63,591 nt of DNA, filler included, from Reticulomyxa filosa (GCA_000512085.1; 21 parts of 21 records of this genome joined end to end with filler, not necessarily neighbours in it), one strand, 5' to 3'. Positions 50,801-63,591 are shown, numbered from the whole stretch's first letter. The notes: generated by a model not told the origin, from the sequence alone. Program-made: numbers and translations.

Positions 50801-51304
50801 AATTTATACATTTACATAATAAAAAAAATATAATACATACAAATACCACCTTTGCAAAATATATAAATATACTGATTCAGCTGAAGAGAAAAAATTTGAA
50901 TAAGTTAAGATTATTGATACTCTCTTCGTTTACATTTCCTTTTTGACATACTTGCGCAATAACATGTATTTTATTTTATCCTTTTCATTTCTTTGCATTA
51001 TAAAATGATTGGAGTTTTTAATGATGTTCTCNNNNNNNNNNNNNNNNNNNNNNNNNNNNNNNNNNNNNNNNNNNNTTAATTAATTAANNNNNNNNNNNNN
51101 NNNNNNNNNNNNNNNNNNNNNNNNNNNNNNNTTTTTTTTTTTTTGACATAATTAATTTGTGTGTTTTGCAACAACAGCCGCAGCCCTATACTCCAAAAAA
51201 ATAAAAATAAAAAAGTATACGTACTATCTAAAGAAAAACTTTGTGGTCGAAGCCAACACCGTGCATAAAAATTAAAAGATTTATTTTTTTTTTTTGGAAA
51301 ATAA

Positions 51305-51412
51305 ATTTGGGAAATAGTTTGGGGGAAAATATTTGGGGGAAAATTATTGTGGGAAAATAGTTGGGGAAAATAGTTGAGGGAAATAGTTTGAGGGGAAAAT
51401 ATGTTGTAGGAA
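51305..51412 (+). repeat. G-tract minisatellite (GGG(GG)AAAATAGTT-like, ~7 copies)
   Basis: Tandem 13-17-nt units such as gggaaatagttt, gggggaaaatattt and ggggaaaatagtt. Confidence 0.7.
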
Positions 51413-54047
51413 AAAAATAAAGAAAATTTATTTGAGAAGAAGAAAAAAATTAAAAGATGACAAAATTTTAAAAAAGAATGAGAAAATTAAAAATGAAAAA
51501 AATATTTGAAAATAAAAAAAAATGACAACATGAAAAAAGAAAGATTAAAAGGAGAAAAAAAAAAAGACAAAAGGGAAAAAGAAGAAAAAAAGTTTAAGTT
51601 GTTAGAAGATGCTCAGCGTATACAAATATCTTCGAAAAATTGTTGGTGTTGCAAAGATCAAAGACGACGTCGAATTGAGATCTACATGCGACAAAAACAA
51701 TCAAAACTCGTAGTGGAAATAGCGCTAAGTTAACGCAGGAAAGCAATAGAAAATAGTTTTGTACGTGTGCGCATTCGCGCTTTGGATTGTGCATACTCGA
51801 TTTAATGGACCATTGGTGCTGATAAGAAAAAAAACGTGGAAATCGTGCAAAGTGGTGGAGTAGTTTTGGGCGAAACTCAGTCAATACACTGGCCAGAAGA
51901 AGATGAAGATTATGAATAGTATAAAAAAAAAAAGATCAAAGTTAAATCTTGTTGGATTTGTTTAAGAAAACAACAAAATATCAGGCAGCTTTTTGAGTTT
52001 AGATATGAAAATTACCCTTTATATATGGGAACGCGCAAAGCCTCCAATATCATGTGTAAAATAACTTTATATACGTGTTTCAGTGAAAGCGCAGAACGAG
52101 TGTGGAAATTTATATCATTTGCAACCCGAAGTATTGGAAAGAAGTCGGTCGCCGTCAAAGTCAGCACACAAGTCTATGAAAATAATTTTAGACCAGCAAA
52201 TCGCCAAAGAGCGCGTCCAACTTCGATCTGCCTGAACCAAAAAGACAGGGGAAGCTAAATTTTATAGAAATTGTAATAATTTTATAAGAAAAAAAATAGA
52301 AACTAGTGGTATGCGTGCGCATATTCGCAATTTTGAAGTTTGGATCGTGCATATGCCGATAGAAGAAGTGAATACGCCCAATAATGAAAAAAAGATAATA
52401 AAAATGATACCAAATCACTAGTCAGATCGTCAATTGCAACGTTGGATATACTGGAAAATCCGCTCAAACCATGTCTCTCATTGCAAGAGCGATGATATCA
52501 TCAAGTACAAAGTCCATAAGCTCTAATGGATAAGATATTACCAGTTTAATCCGGACAATCGAGCTCTTGGCCGCCAAACGACGAAAGCAAGCTTACCAAG
52601 AAGAAANNNNNNNNNNNNNNNNNNNNNNNNNNNNNNNNNNNNNNNNNNNNTTAATTAATTAANNNNNNNNNNNNNNNNNNNNNNNNNNNNNNNNNNNNNN
52701 NNNNNNGTAAAAGCAACAGAATTCTACAATGAATTTTAAGATTGTAACGTAGAAGAAGCAAACAAACTTGTTGGAAGCATAGCCACTGAAAACGATCTGG
52801 TTAAGTTAATAGAAAGTCTTTCTTTAAATAAAAGAAACAAAATCGACATGAAAACAAGAAAGTAACAGAAGTAAAGTAAGTTCGTGTAAAGGGTGACCAC
52901 TACATTTTGAACAGAGCTTTCATTTACGTTCTGATCTTGCCATATGTTAAACAAAATTTTTGCTATAAAGAAATTAGGTAATCTAAAATAAAAGAAAAGT
53001 ATTCAAAAAATATTTTTGCTGAATGCCAGACAAATATCAGTAGACAGATTGTAAAAAAATAAATTTTAATCTTCATATCCACCATTAAAAAAATTAATTT
53101 GTCAAACACTTTTTTTGTTTACCTTTATTATAAATGTACTATGATTTGCTATTTCAACTTTGAAAGCAATTGCATGACAATTCAGTCAAATACAGGCACA
53201 ATAATCACAATTGCTTAAATCGTTTGATGGCCATATTTGTAAAGACAAAGTTGATATTTTTTCAAAGAAAAATTAAAAAGTTATTTAATTAAAAACATGC
53301 TTCATTAAATCAAATCTGAGATTACCATTGGATAGTAGAAATGACATATAATAACGTGTTATTTCTTATGAACAAAATAATTAAGCTTCCGAGCTTTCGC
53401 ATCAACAAAAACAAAGTATTTAACTTCTCCGATTTTCCGTTTGGGTTATTGATTTTATCCATATTATTATTTTGAAGATACACCCACAAAAAATCGGACT
53501 TTTACTAGATGAAGTGAATCGAATAATTAGGACCGAAGTATTATGTCATCTCCATAACAAGAGATTGTATTAGTATTTTGATAATATCCAACATCAATCG
53601 CAGATATTTTATTCCAGACCATTTTGATTGTGGATGAACGCAGAGATTTCCTTAAATTTCAAATCCAAAAAGGTAAAAACGGAGAAAAAAAAAGTGTTTT
53701 TTTTTAATAGTTATTACGGTGCATCGTTATTCCAAAGCATACCCACACAATCCAAAGTAACGCTTAAAACAAATTCAAAGCAAAACTACAACACACCACA
53801 TAATTCCAAACTCAAAGGATTTTTCACGTTTATGTTATTTTCATTTTTGATCTTTTTGCTTTGGATGTAAAATACCAAAAAAATTAAAGAAATAAAATAA
53901 AAAAAATAAAAAGTAAAAAGCACAATTGGACTGTACTTGACAATANNNNNNNNNNNNNNNNNNNNNNNNNNNNNNNNNNNNNNNNNNNNTTAATTAATTA
54001 ANNNNNNNNNNNNNNNNNNNNNNNNNNNNNNNNNNNNNNNNNNNNAA

Positions 54048-54088
<41 letters not shown>

Positions 54089-54089
<1 letters not shown>

Positions 54090-54663
54090 TGGTACAATGG
54101 ATGGCAGCATGAAGTACGAAGAAGAAAACGGGAAAGTACTTCATCAAATCCAATATTTCAAATGCGAAAAAGGTGAAAACTATGGACTGTTAATCCGAGC
54201 AGAACAAATAGTAAAAAAATTGAGTGGTTTCCGAATACTGCAGAAATTGACAGACTTGCACAAGAAATACTTAAAGCTGCGCGACCTTTGGTTGGAGTGT
54301 CGGCAAGCCATACACCAAAGTTTGATCAAAGAGCAGTCGTACAAAGACCAAATCGACGAGTTGACGCGGCTGGTGACGCAGCTGAAGACCAGCATGCATA
54401 TGCACATGCACACGCACGTGCAGATGAAACAGAGCAGAGACGGCATCGACAATGTGATGGGAGTTACGTCTGTGGACAAGCCCATGGACAACGATATCCA
54501 CGAGGCATCTATTGATAACAAAGACAACGAAGGGTTCTACTCGCTGCGCTCGAGTGGGATATCAATGCCATGGCCAAAGGATGTTGTGTTCAATAAGCAT
54601 GATAATAATGACAATAATGATAACAATGATAATAATGATAATAACAATGATAATAATAATAAC

Positions 54664-54728
<65 letters not shown>

Positions 54729-55629
54729 TGATAACGACAACGACAATGAAATAACAGAGACAGCAACTGTTGTGACCAGCACGACGTTGCATGAGCTGAT
54801 CCAAGTAGTAAAACCCACTTACAAATATGACATGCGCAGTGGACAGTACGTCACTCCATCACTGAATCAGCAAATATCAGTGAACAGCTACTTGGAATTG
54901 GAAACACCTTCCAATCTCTCATTTCCGTCCACCGAACAGTCTTCTCACGCAAGGAAATATCACAATCGCGACAGCATGTCCAACCAACTGTTTTTGGTAG
55001 CAGGCGACGTCTCTTTCAAGCGCAAGTACACTCCCATCGGACATGACTACGACCGCGACAATCACAACGACAATGCCAGCGCCATCACGAGCACCACTTC
55101 CAATGCAAAGGATCTCATGTTCAATATTCATCCCCGCACAAGCGCGGAGACTTTGGACCCCGACTTGGATAATAGTCTTCATGAGCAGGACACGTCTTCC
55201 ATCGCCGACGTCCAAAACTTGGCCAACGATCGTGAGTCCTTGCATGATAGCGACAAACATAACAAACAACTCACATTCGAAAACTTACAAAAGTTAGCCA
55301 ACAAACGCTCGTTTGATTCCAATAGCCACGCACTGCCGTTCGGCCATGCTGCTTCGCTCCAGCAACATGGTCATCCCAATGTTTTGTTCGGACTTTGTCA
55401 CTCTTTTCCATAGCTATATACATATACATTATATATATGTATATACATATATATATGTATATGTACAGTAAACTTATGTATATACATTTGTATATATTGA
55501 TGTGCTCAATATTATTGTGTTTTTAAACATGGCCACGTATATTCATCGGTACAGGACTTTTCTTTTAAACCAAACACTGCAATTGAGGTTATCAACGAAA
55601 ATGATGCATTGCTTACTGACACTGTGTAA
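54089..55629 (+). CDS. CAP-Gly domain + coiled coil + poly-Asn protein (5' truncated)
   Basis: GTMDGS...QYFKCEKGENYGLLIRAEQI matches the CAP-Gly C-terminal half (GKNDGS..YF.C....GLFV). Probable intron 55381-55554, last exon DFSFKPN..TDTV*. Confidence 0.68.
54601..54747 (+). repeat. (AAT/GAT)n coding trinucleotide repeat (poly-N/D)
   Basis: A long AAT run in frame within ORF 54097-55413. Confidence 0.95.
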
Positions 55630-56230
55630 AACCATTCTATTATGTCAATTGTTCGAGCAATATGATTTCGTATAATCTTCCCGTCTCACCCCCTTTTTTT
55701 ATTTGTTTTGTTTTGTTTTTGCTGGGCTTGTTTTTTTTCCTTGTTGCCTTGGTTGTTGAACTTCATTTTTTTTGGTGTTTCTTTTTCTTCATATTCCACT
55801 TTTCGTTTCCAAAGAGGACACAACATAAAAAAGTGATCATGATCAATTGACATACATCTTTTCACTAGCAAGACTAAAACATTGTTTTGCAAAAATAAAA
55901 GTTTAGGAAAAAAAATAAAAAAATAGAGCTTGACACAAGATATTTGTTTTGTTTTTTTTTGCACAACTTTGTGCAAGTTCAGCCGTAACCGTCTAGAACG
56001 GGGGTTTATACTCGTTCCCTTGCACTTTTATTGACGTATCTTGAGTATTAATAAATAGTACGAATGTTATCTCGCGTTTTGAAAGGCACATGTCCTACCC
56101 CTCGTCCCTATCAAACCCTCGGTAGGAGGTTTTCCGAAAAGGTTTGCAATACACGTGACGAAAGAGAAGAAGAGTCCTCCCCTACATTTGAGTAATTAAA
56201 AATTCACCATAGGGCCCAACACCAAAACCA

Positions 56231-56745
56231 ATGTCAAAAGTGAGAGGAGGTGGAGCAAGTGGAACAAAAGAGGATATTGAAAAACTGGGTTATTTTTTGT
56301 TGGATTGGAATACTACGTCAAGAGATTCTTTCTTAAAGTCCGTGTATGACCAATTTCTTAGAAATTGTGGGAAGCTCTCTCCAAAGCAGTGGCAAGCAAT
56401 AGAAAAATATTCCAACGTTAATATCTAAGGCCTTGGTATTTATATCGTACACTTTTTTTTGTTTTCTCGTGTCAAAAAAATATCAATAATAAAATAAAGG
56501 CAACTTCCGGGAAAGGTTCGGAGAAAATTTTGTTAATCGATCCGATTTGTATTAGATTGTTGACAATGACGGAAAAAGACATTGGCGACATTCACACTAG
56601 ACTCGGACAGCGAAGTGTCGATCTTGTCACCAAATTTGCTCGACAAATACGCGAAAGGAACTTTTTATCAAAAAAGCAACTTTTTGTTGCCGGGCGGATT
56701 TTTAAGTTGATAGACCCAACACCGATAAATAAACAAAATACATAA
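56231..56745 (+). CDS. Small two-exon protein (~143 aa) with a duplicated F..Q....LSxKQ module
   Basis: Exon 56231-56416, phase-0 intron 56417-56499, exon 56500-56745, all in frame. Modules: FLKSVYDQFLRNCGKLSPKQWQAI and LVTKFARQIRERNFLSKKQLFVA. Confidence 0.72.
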
Positions 56746-58679
56746 GGCAATTTTATTTGTTACAATAGCTTATGCCTTTTAAATTGTGACTGTTTTTTTT
56801 TGCTTTCCTTTACTTGCATTCACCAAACTAAGGATATATCCTTTGATATGTATTAATCCAAATGAAACTTTGACAAAAAATCAATACAATATTTAACGTG
56901 AACTTCTTGTTGTCTTAAAAGAGTTTGCTTCTTATCATGCACTGTTGCTCGTATCCCATTGTGTAAGTGTAAGTGGTTTTTATAGCACAAAAGAATTGCA
57001 ATAATTATCATTATCAATGAATAGAAAGTTTGGATATGTGTCGTTGTATCTAGAACAATGGAAAAAAAGTAATATAATGCTTGTCCTTGTAGTGAGCACT
57101 GACGCAGAATCAGACTTTNNNNNNNNNNNNNNNNNNNNNNNNNNNNNNNNNNNNNNNNNNNNTTAATTAATTAANNNNNNNNNNNNNNNNNNNNNNNNNN
57201 NNNNNNNNNNNNNNNNNNAGTAAATGTAATTATATCGCGACAAACAAACAAAATGTCAATCGTCAATTGTAATTTGGGAAATAAGAAAAAATACTTGGGT
57301 TCGGATTGCAGCATTATCCTTCACAAAACCTTTCATTATTTATATTCAATGTTGTATTTAGTGTTTAATAAAGTCCTTTGAAAAGAAAAAAATTCGAACC
57401 CTTTTTTTTTTCCCCCTCCCTCAAATGTATAAACATGCCAGAGCATGCTTGATTTAGATTCATGTCCGAAAAATCAGCCGATCCTGAGAAAGAAAACATA
57501 TCAAAAAAGGGACAATGATGAGTGTTTTTATTTGCAAATATTTGAACAGAGAGGGAGATGAGAAGAATATAAATGCGTAATGTTTTTTTTTAAGGTAAGT
57601 TTTGAGTGTTGTTTAACGTTTTCCGTTTTTAATAAATGTCATAATACTTCGAGGATCATTACCATATGCTTTATTATTTTTATACGCGTATTTTTTTTTT
57701 TTTTTTTACGTATATGAAGAATTTTCTTTTTTTTAAAAAAAAGGGAACGATGAAACAGAAAAGATCCTCATGTGTACGTAGTCTCTTGTTTCAATAATTG
57801 ATTCAAACGCAATAGCCATACTTTCCGTAAATACTCTTTTATAGTAGTCCATATGTATTTTTATTATTTGGAATTTTTTTTTAAGAAACGACAGTGAAAG
57901 TGAGAAGGATTGGTTCTAACCTAACTTTGATGATAGATAACTTGAAGAACCACACGTAATAACTCTTATCTGTAAAGATTGTAATATAGACATATAAACT
58001 CGGAAAAAAAAGAGTTGCACACACGAAGTCGGAACAAAATGCGACAATTCGTTAATCCAAGTTAAAACAAAGTTGGAAAACTGAAAAAAATACCTAAAAA
58101 AGCTGTAAGATCACGGTTTTATTTGTACAGATTTTCTGTAACAAAAACTTGGATTGATGAAAGTAATTATAGCAAAAAAAACTATCTATAAATATCTTTT
58201 TGTCTAACTTTATACCTGAAAGACGATGAAGAGAACAATCCCAATTGGGACTATCAGATTGATAAAAAAAACTGTTTAAATTCATACCTCTTTTTTCTGT
58301 TCATTCCTAAATTAAACGAAATGAATTTTGTTTTATGAAAAGAAAATAATATCGCATTGTTAAATTATGTATATTAGTAATGACATAAAGTTTAAATCTT
58401 TAATTTAAAGGGAAAATATACAAAAAAGGAATAAGATTATTGTATCATTATAAAAGAAAGACGCAATAATATTACTAACATTGTTACAAAAAGCAATGTT
58501 GTACTTTTTTCAAATAAGCATNNNNNNNNNNNNNNNNNNNNNNNNNNNNNNNNNNNNNNNNNNNNTTAATTAATTAANNNNNNNNNNNNNNNNNNNNNNN
58601 NNNNNNNNNNNNNNNNNNNNNCCGATTATCAATTATCAATCATCAATCCCCTCTCCTCGGCCAGGTCATTGAAATATTA

Positions 58680-61301
58680 CAAACCGTAATGAATATACAA
58701 CGTCCGATTCGACGATATCTTTTGGAATGGATCTGCGACACCATCTCCACACATTATAATACCAAAAATGTACAATTCGTCTGACTCCATTTCATTCCAC
58801 ATCATTCTTCGTTTTTTCATACTCACCACGACCACATCCTTTCTCTTTATATGTTGCATATGCAACTGCGACCATGTAAATCTATATACACAATACAAGT
58901 GACAATATGTAAGTGTGATGTATTCTATATTTGTTCTTGTTGTTAATCGCACCAAAAAAAAAAAAATTAGAAAAATGGGGCAATGTAAAGAGGTATTGCG
59001 AACCTTGATCACCATGACATAAAATGCTGTATATTCAATTTATCTCAATGCCACGCACAAACAATGGGACAGCAAGAAAAATGACTTCCAGTACAAGGTC
59101 CAAGTCAAATGACAGCGACTTCAATAGTTGATTTCATTTACAATTTCAATGTAGTCATTTCCTTCATCATGTATACTGCATGTGTGCCATCATTTCATGT
59201 AGTCGCCACTTGTCTCAAAATAGAATCATTTTCCAAGACAAATGTCCCAATTTGATCACCACAATATCTCATTTCAATGATATAACATTAATATCTTGAT
59301 TTGATATCAATCTCAATCTCAACTACATCTTTTCATCAATATCAATGTCTCCTTTTATATATGTATATTGGTGACTCTATGTTATTGCAATGCCTTGTGG
59401 CGGAGTAAGTTTGATTTGCCTGTACAATCATGAAAAAAAAAGAGTTAATAAAGCTATGTTTGTATTTCATCTATTTTCAATCCCATCTACTTAATATATG
59501 TCCTAAATAAAGATAATGTAAAGAGTGTCGTATACGTAACTCGAAATCTGGAGCAACGTACCCACCCATTCACAATTTATCCATCCATACGTATATCCAT
59601 CCGTTTACTTACAAATTCGTTCAATTATCGACATCCGAACGCGACAACCACAACAACGTCCATCCAACCACTAACGTCTCATATTGGTAAGCGCGAACAA
59701 GTTCATGTACATTTCTAAGAACATCTTTTGGTCTTCTATATCTTGTTGGTGTTGTTCTCTTATTAACCTCCTGCACTTTCTCCTTTCTTTCTCTGTTGTT
59801 TGATACATGTGCTTGTTCTCTTCGAACATCTTCTCGATCATTTGCAGGTCCTGCTCGTCTTGTTGCCGTTTTTGTTCGATGCGTTGTTGTTCGAGTCGTT
59901 GCTCTTCGTCTTGCTGTTGTTCGGGTTGCTGTTGTTCGGATTGCTTTTGTTCAGGTTGCTTTTGTTCTTCAGGTTGTTGCTGTTCTTCGGGTTGCTGTCG
60001 TTGTTCTGATTGAGTCTGTTCTTCATGTTGCCGTTGTTCATCTTCACCCTGTTGCTGGCTTTGCTGTGGATGTCCGTCGGAACTCATCTATTTGCATATG
60101 TTTGTGTGCAAACATCGATTATATTAATATTGAGATGACAATTATCATTACAATGACAAATGTCACAAAACTTTTCTCTTAATGCAGATAATCATCTTCT
60201 CCCAATAGCTACCCAGCGTGACAACAATATCACCAATACACGTTTGCAAGTTTGAACAAACTTGACTTATCTATTTTTATTTTTAATAATATTGATATCC
60301 ATTAGGTATGCGTGTGCATGTGTGTATTCTAAAAAAAAAAGATAGAAAATAACTCTTGATCGTTTTGGTGCTGGACCATTTTCTAGATTATGGCCATCAC
60401 CATCTCCGTTTATTTCTCGAAGAGCCCTTTTAGTTGCAGCTCGTCGCTGTTGGCCTTGTGATTGTTCGCTCTGGAGACTCTGTTCTGTTTGCACTTGGCC
60501 TCTATCTTGTTTCAGCTCCAAATCTTCCTGCACTTCCAACAATACTTGGCCTTGTACTTGTGCTGCTGCTTGAGGTACTTGCGATTGTTCTGTTTGTACT
60601 TGTTCTTGCATTTCGAGTGATGATTGTTGCACTTGTGCTGGCTCTTCATGAACATTTGGTACATCTTGCTGATTCTGTTGAATTGGAGTGACTTGTTGGA
60701 TATGTTCTTGTGGGGCTTGTTGTGCTTGCCCTCCTACTTCGTGTTGGTGGTGGCCATCCTGTCCATTATTCGCCTATATCCATCACATTAATTAATTTTA
60801 AAATATCAATTGTATTATTATAATATATGTATATATTATTGAAATAAATTAATAATTAATTAGAAAGAAGATAAACCTTTTGTCGCTTATGCGGCATCAA
60901 TGTGTCGTCTGTGGATTCCATTCGCCTTTTCTGTGGCTTTCTCCTACGACAATCTATTTAATTTGTTTATTCGGGTATGGTTTTTTTTTTGTTGTTTGTT
61001 TAATGCTAAAACTACACCTAATGTATACAAAATGAACCATAAAAAAATTTTTAGGAAAAAAAATTATTGCACTAGCGGAGACAAGAAAAGAGATTATGAA
61101 TGATAAAATTAAAATGAATATTCCAAAAAAGGATTTGATGCAGAACAAATTGTACAAATTGGTGTCACAACAATCAAGCCTCCATTTTTTTGGCACTCTT
61201 TTTTTTTTGTTTGTATTTTGCAAGTATTTGTGCTTTCTTTGTTTACCGTTGGAAAGAGTTGGTGCTGTTGAAACATCATTTTCATTTCTTCTTTGTTCCA
61301 T
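58680..61301 (-). CDS. Multi-exon Gln/Glu-rich low-complexity protein with NLS-like motifs (structure uncertain)
   Basis: ORFs 59671-60087 (QQPEEQ repeats) and 60267-60632 (QVQTEQS), basic motifs PHKRQK and PAPKRSR at exon ends, and AT-rich intron-like spacers. Confidence 0.45.
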
Positions 61302-61715
61302 TTTATTTTTTTTGCAGCAGTTGTGTCACAGTAAACTTAAAAACTAAGGGGACCAATGAACGCAAACTTGGCTACGTTTGGTCGAAAAAGAAAAACCGTC
61401 AGTTTTGATTGTAAAATAAATATAACATATTTTGATCTTTTGAAAAAAATGGAATAAATGTCATGTTGCTCCACTACAGACAAAACGAGCTCATTCAACA
61501 AACAAGTAATGTTTGTTCAAATCTTGAATGTTTTTTCGTGAACCTTGTGCGTTTGTTTTTTGTGATATGTAAATCGAAATTATGCACAAAATAATAAATC
61601 ATGTATTATTTCAAAAAAAAGAGCATATTTATTGTGCCAAACCAAATCTAGACGAATATGCACTAGCTCTTTTCCAAAAAGGAGAGAATTTCTATAAATA
61701 ATAATAATCTTTAGA

Positions 61716-62340
61716 ATGTCAACTGCAACTTGTCCAAAGAAACATGACTTGGAAAGATATAACACAGAGAGGTCTGGCTACACATGTCAGCTTTGTAGCC
61801 GAACTCTTCCGGAAGGAGCACAGATGTACGGGTGTGGAGAATGTAATTGGGACTGTTGCACTCCATGTTGGTCTTCAAAACTCTCCAAAAAAGTTGAACC
61901 AGGTCCAGTCATTTAAAAGAATATTTTTTACATATGTGTGGTGTGTGTGTGTGTTATCACATATTATTTTGTTATATGCTGTATAAATAGAGACTCCGAA
62001 AGTGTGTGGCAGATGTCCAAAAAAGCATCCAATGTTGCGAACATCAGCCAAGTCGAACAAGCATGCATGTGCGCATTGCAAACAAAACTTTGAAGTTGGA
62101 GAAGTAACTTCGGAATGTGGGTACGTTTATTCAATAAACAAACAAAGAAAAGAAAAGGGGATGTGATTTAGCCAAACTAAGGCAATCAATGAACAAACAA
62201 ACAATAAACAAAATATAATGAAACATGAATCCAAAGTACTTGCAATTGGAAGATGTGCGAATTGTGTTGGGGATTGAAAGGAGACAAATCTACTGACGAC
62301 AACGACGAAACCAAAGAAGAGAAAAAAGACGAAAGTAGCT
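61716..62340 (+). CDS. Cys-rich zinc-finger protein (two CPxxH..CxxC..CxxC..CxxC, ZZ/C1-like repeats), 3' end off contig
   Basis: CPKKHDL..TCQLC..YGCGECNWDCCTPC, then after introns CPKKHPM..ACAHC..SECG|TCNWKMCELC. Confidence 0.75.
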
Positions 62341-62489
62341 ACAAAATAAAGAAATATATATATATATNNNNNNNNNNNNNNNNNNNNNNNNNNNNNNNNN
62401 NNNNNNNNNNNTTAATTAATTAANNNNNNNNNNNNNNNNNNNNNNNNNNNNNNNNNNNNNNNNNNNNAAAAAAAAATAGGAATATTAAA

Positions 62490-63415
62490 GAACTAATGCA
62501 ATAAACCAATTGAAAACGGAGTTGCAAAAAGTGAAGATAAGCAATGTAAGCGAAGGTACGATGAGAGAAGCGTTATCCAAAAACAATGACAATGTGAAAA
62601 AAGCGGCGGAATATATAATAAAACAACAACAGCCCTCCACAACAAAACGATCATCTCAAATGAAGCCATCATCACAATCACAGCCACAATCGCAATCACA
62701 GCACTCACAACAATCGCAATCACAACCACAATCACAACAACAACAACGAACAAGTATTAAAGGGACGTTAGCGACAAGCAGTGGGTCTCAGTCCTCACAG
62801 ATGCAAACGATGGGCAGCAGCGGCAGCAGCAGCAACAACAGCAACAACAAAATATCAGTGAACTCGAAGGAGGATGCGGAACGCATGAAGCAGAAACTAT
62901 TGCAAGAGGCGGAAATGAAACAAAAGGAAATAGAAAAGGAAAAACAACGACAGCAAATGGAATTGCGAAAACACGAGGACGACTATTTACGGGAGGAAAA
63001 GAGAAAAGAAGTCCAAAAAATTGAAATGCAAAAAAAAGTGGCAGAAAATCGTGCTCTCATTACCGCAAAAAAAAAACAAGCCGAAGACGAACGAAGACTC
63101 AAATTATTGGAATGGCATAAAAGACATGAAAAATATGACGCTGCGTTACGTTTTTTTTTTTTTTTGTGTTAATGTATGAATGTATTTGAATATGTGTGTA
63201 TGTATGTGTGTATGTATGTTGCGACTTTTCGTTCGTATCTTTCCTATTATCAACCGTTCCATAATAATATCGACTTGCATTTGGAGGGGGAATAGTGATA
63301 GGGCAGTGCACGACGAAATGACGCAAAACAGATCCAAGGCGGAGCAGTCATTGAAGACACCCGAACAAGCAGTCCAATGCTTATTTGAGAGATATGGCGA
63401 AGATGTTACGAAAAT
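62490..63415 (+). CDS. UBA-like domain + Q/S-rich linker + charged coiled coil, partial
   Basis: SEGTMREALSKNNDNVKKAAEYII (UBA-like), SQPQSQ repeats and an E/K/R coil. A probable intron at ~63145-63300 is followed by AVHDEMTQNRSKAEQ. Confidence 0.6.
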
Positions 63416-63546
63416 CAATTCTTGTGTTTTCAACCAATTTTTTTTTTTTTTTTCAACTACTTGGAAAAAAAAAAATATTTGCAAAGAAAAATCAAAATGG
63501 ATAAACCCTTTTATTTATAAACATCAACAACAATTAATTAATTAAT

Positions 63547-63577
<31 letters not shown>

Positions 63578-63591
63578 AAAAAAAAAAAAAA

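Noticed and set aside
51500-52606. Possible transposon or Fanzor/TnpB relic
   Set aside because: No DDE, RuvC, zinc-ribbon or RT motifs and no terminal repeats are recognisable.
54512-54818. Poly-Ile and poly-Leu ORFs as membrane proteins
   Set aside because: They are alternative frames of the (AAT)n poly-Asn repeat.
55971-56025. tRNA suggested by a 7-bp terminal stem
   Set aside because: It is only 55 nt, with no T-loop GTTCRA in position and no cloverleaf. It is kept only as an unexplained hairpin.
59796-60182. Cys-rich 'metallothionein-like' and Val/Leu-rich ORFs on the + strand
   Set aside because: They are antisense shadows of the CAA/GAA-rich Gln/Glu exon.
2251-62467. Regularly recurring TTAATTAATTAA flanked by N as a biological repeat, CRISPR-like array or piggyBac TTAA site
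   Set aside because: The fixed 44N-12-44N format with six-frame stops is a standard artificial contig joiner.
63530-63591. Terminal ATTAATTAATTAATT as another linker or telomere
   Set aside because: It is not flanked by N and grades into (AAT)n and poly-A. This is ordinary intronic low-complexity sequence.

Overview
This is not one contiguous locus. It is 21 short, very AT-rich eukaryotic contigs joined by 20 artificial 100-nt linkers (44 N + TTAATTAATTAA + 44 N). Gene content points to a foraminiferan, most likely Reticulomyxa filosa-like (inference): short spliceosomal introns, expanded WD40/Kelch families and a divergent alpha-tubulin of the Retaria alpha2 type. Recognisable intact or partial genes include a 7TM-like protein, a cytochrome P450, a TM-RGS protein, a Kelch-WD40 fusion, a SAM/coiled-coil protein and a G-protein gamma subunit. 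Others are a novel GPRD-repeat protein, an Air1/2-like zinc-knuckle protein, a Prp43/DHX15-like helicase, Sin3, an LRR protein with 72-nt exons, a CAP-Gly protein and Zn-finger/UBA proteins. Many decayed gene copies are interleaved (alpha-tubulin, eRF1, ATCase, RACK1, WD40, Kelch, caspase-like/TPR, a PT-repeat mucin-like gene). The most interesting signals are a shared 'WIRxLxIKLGW' box ending at the same phase-0 intron in two different beta-propeller architectures, GTT-donor/A-rich-acceptor introns, a compact G-gamma with a TM-RGS, the GPRD repeat protein and a small intron-containing gene with a duplicated LSxKQ module. No rRNA, tRNA, CRISPR array or recognisable transposase was found. All family calls come from motif recognition by eye, not from database searches.
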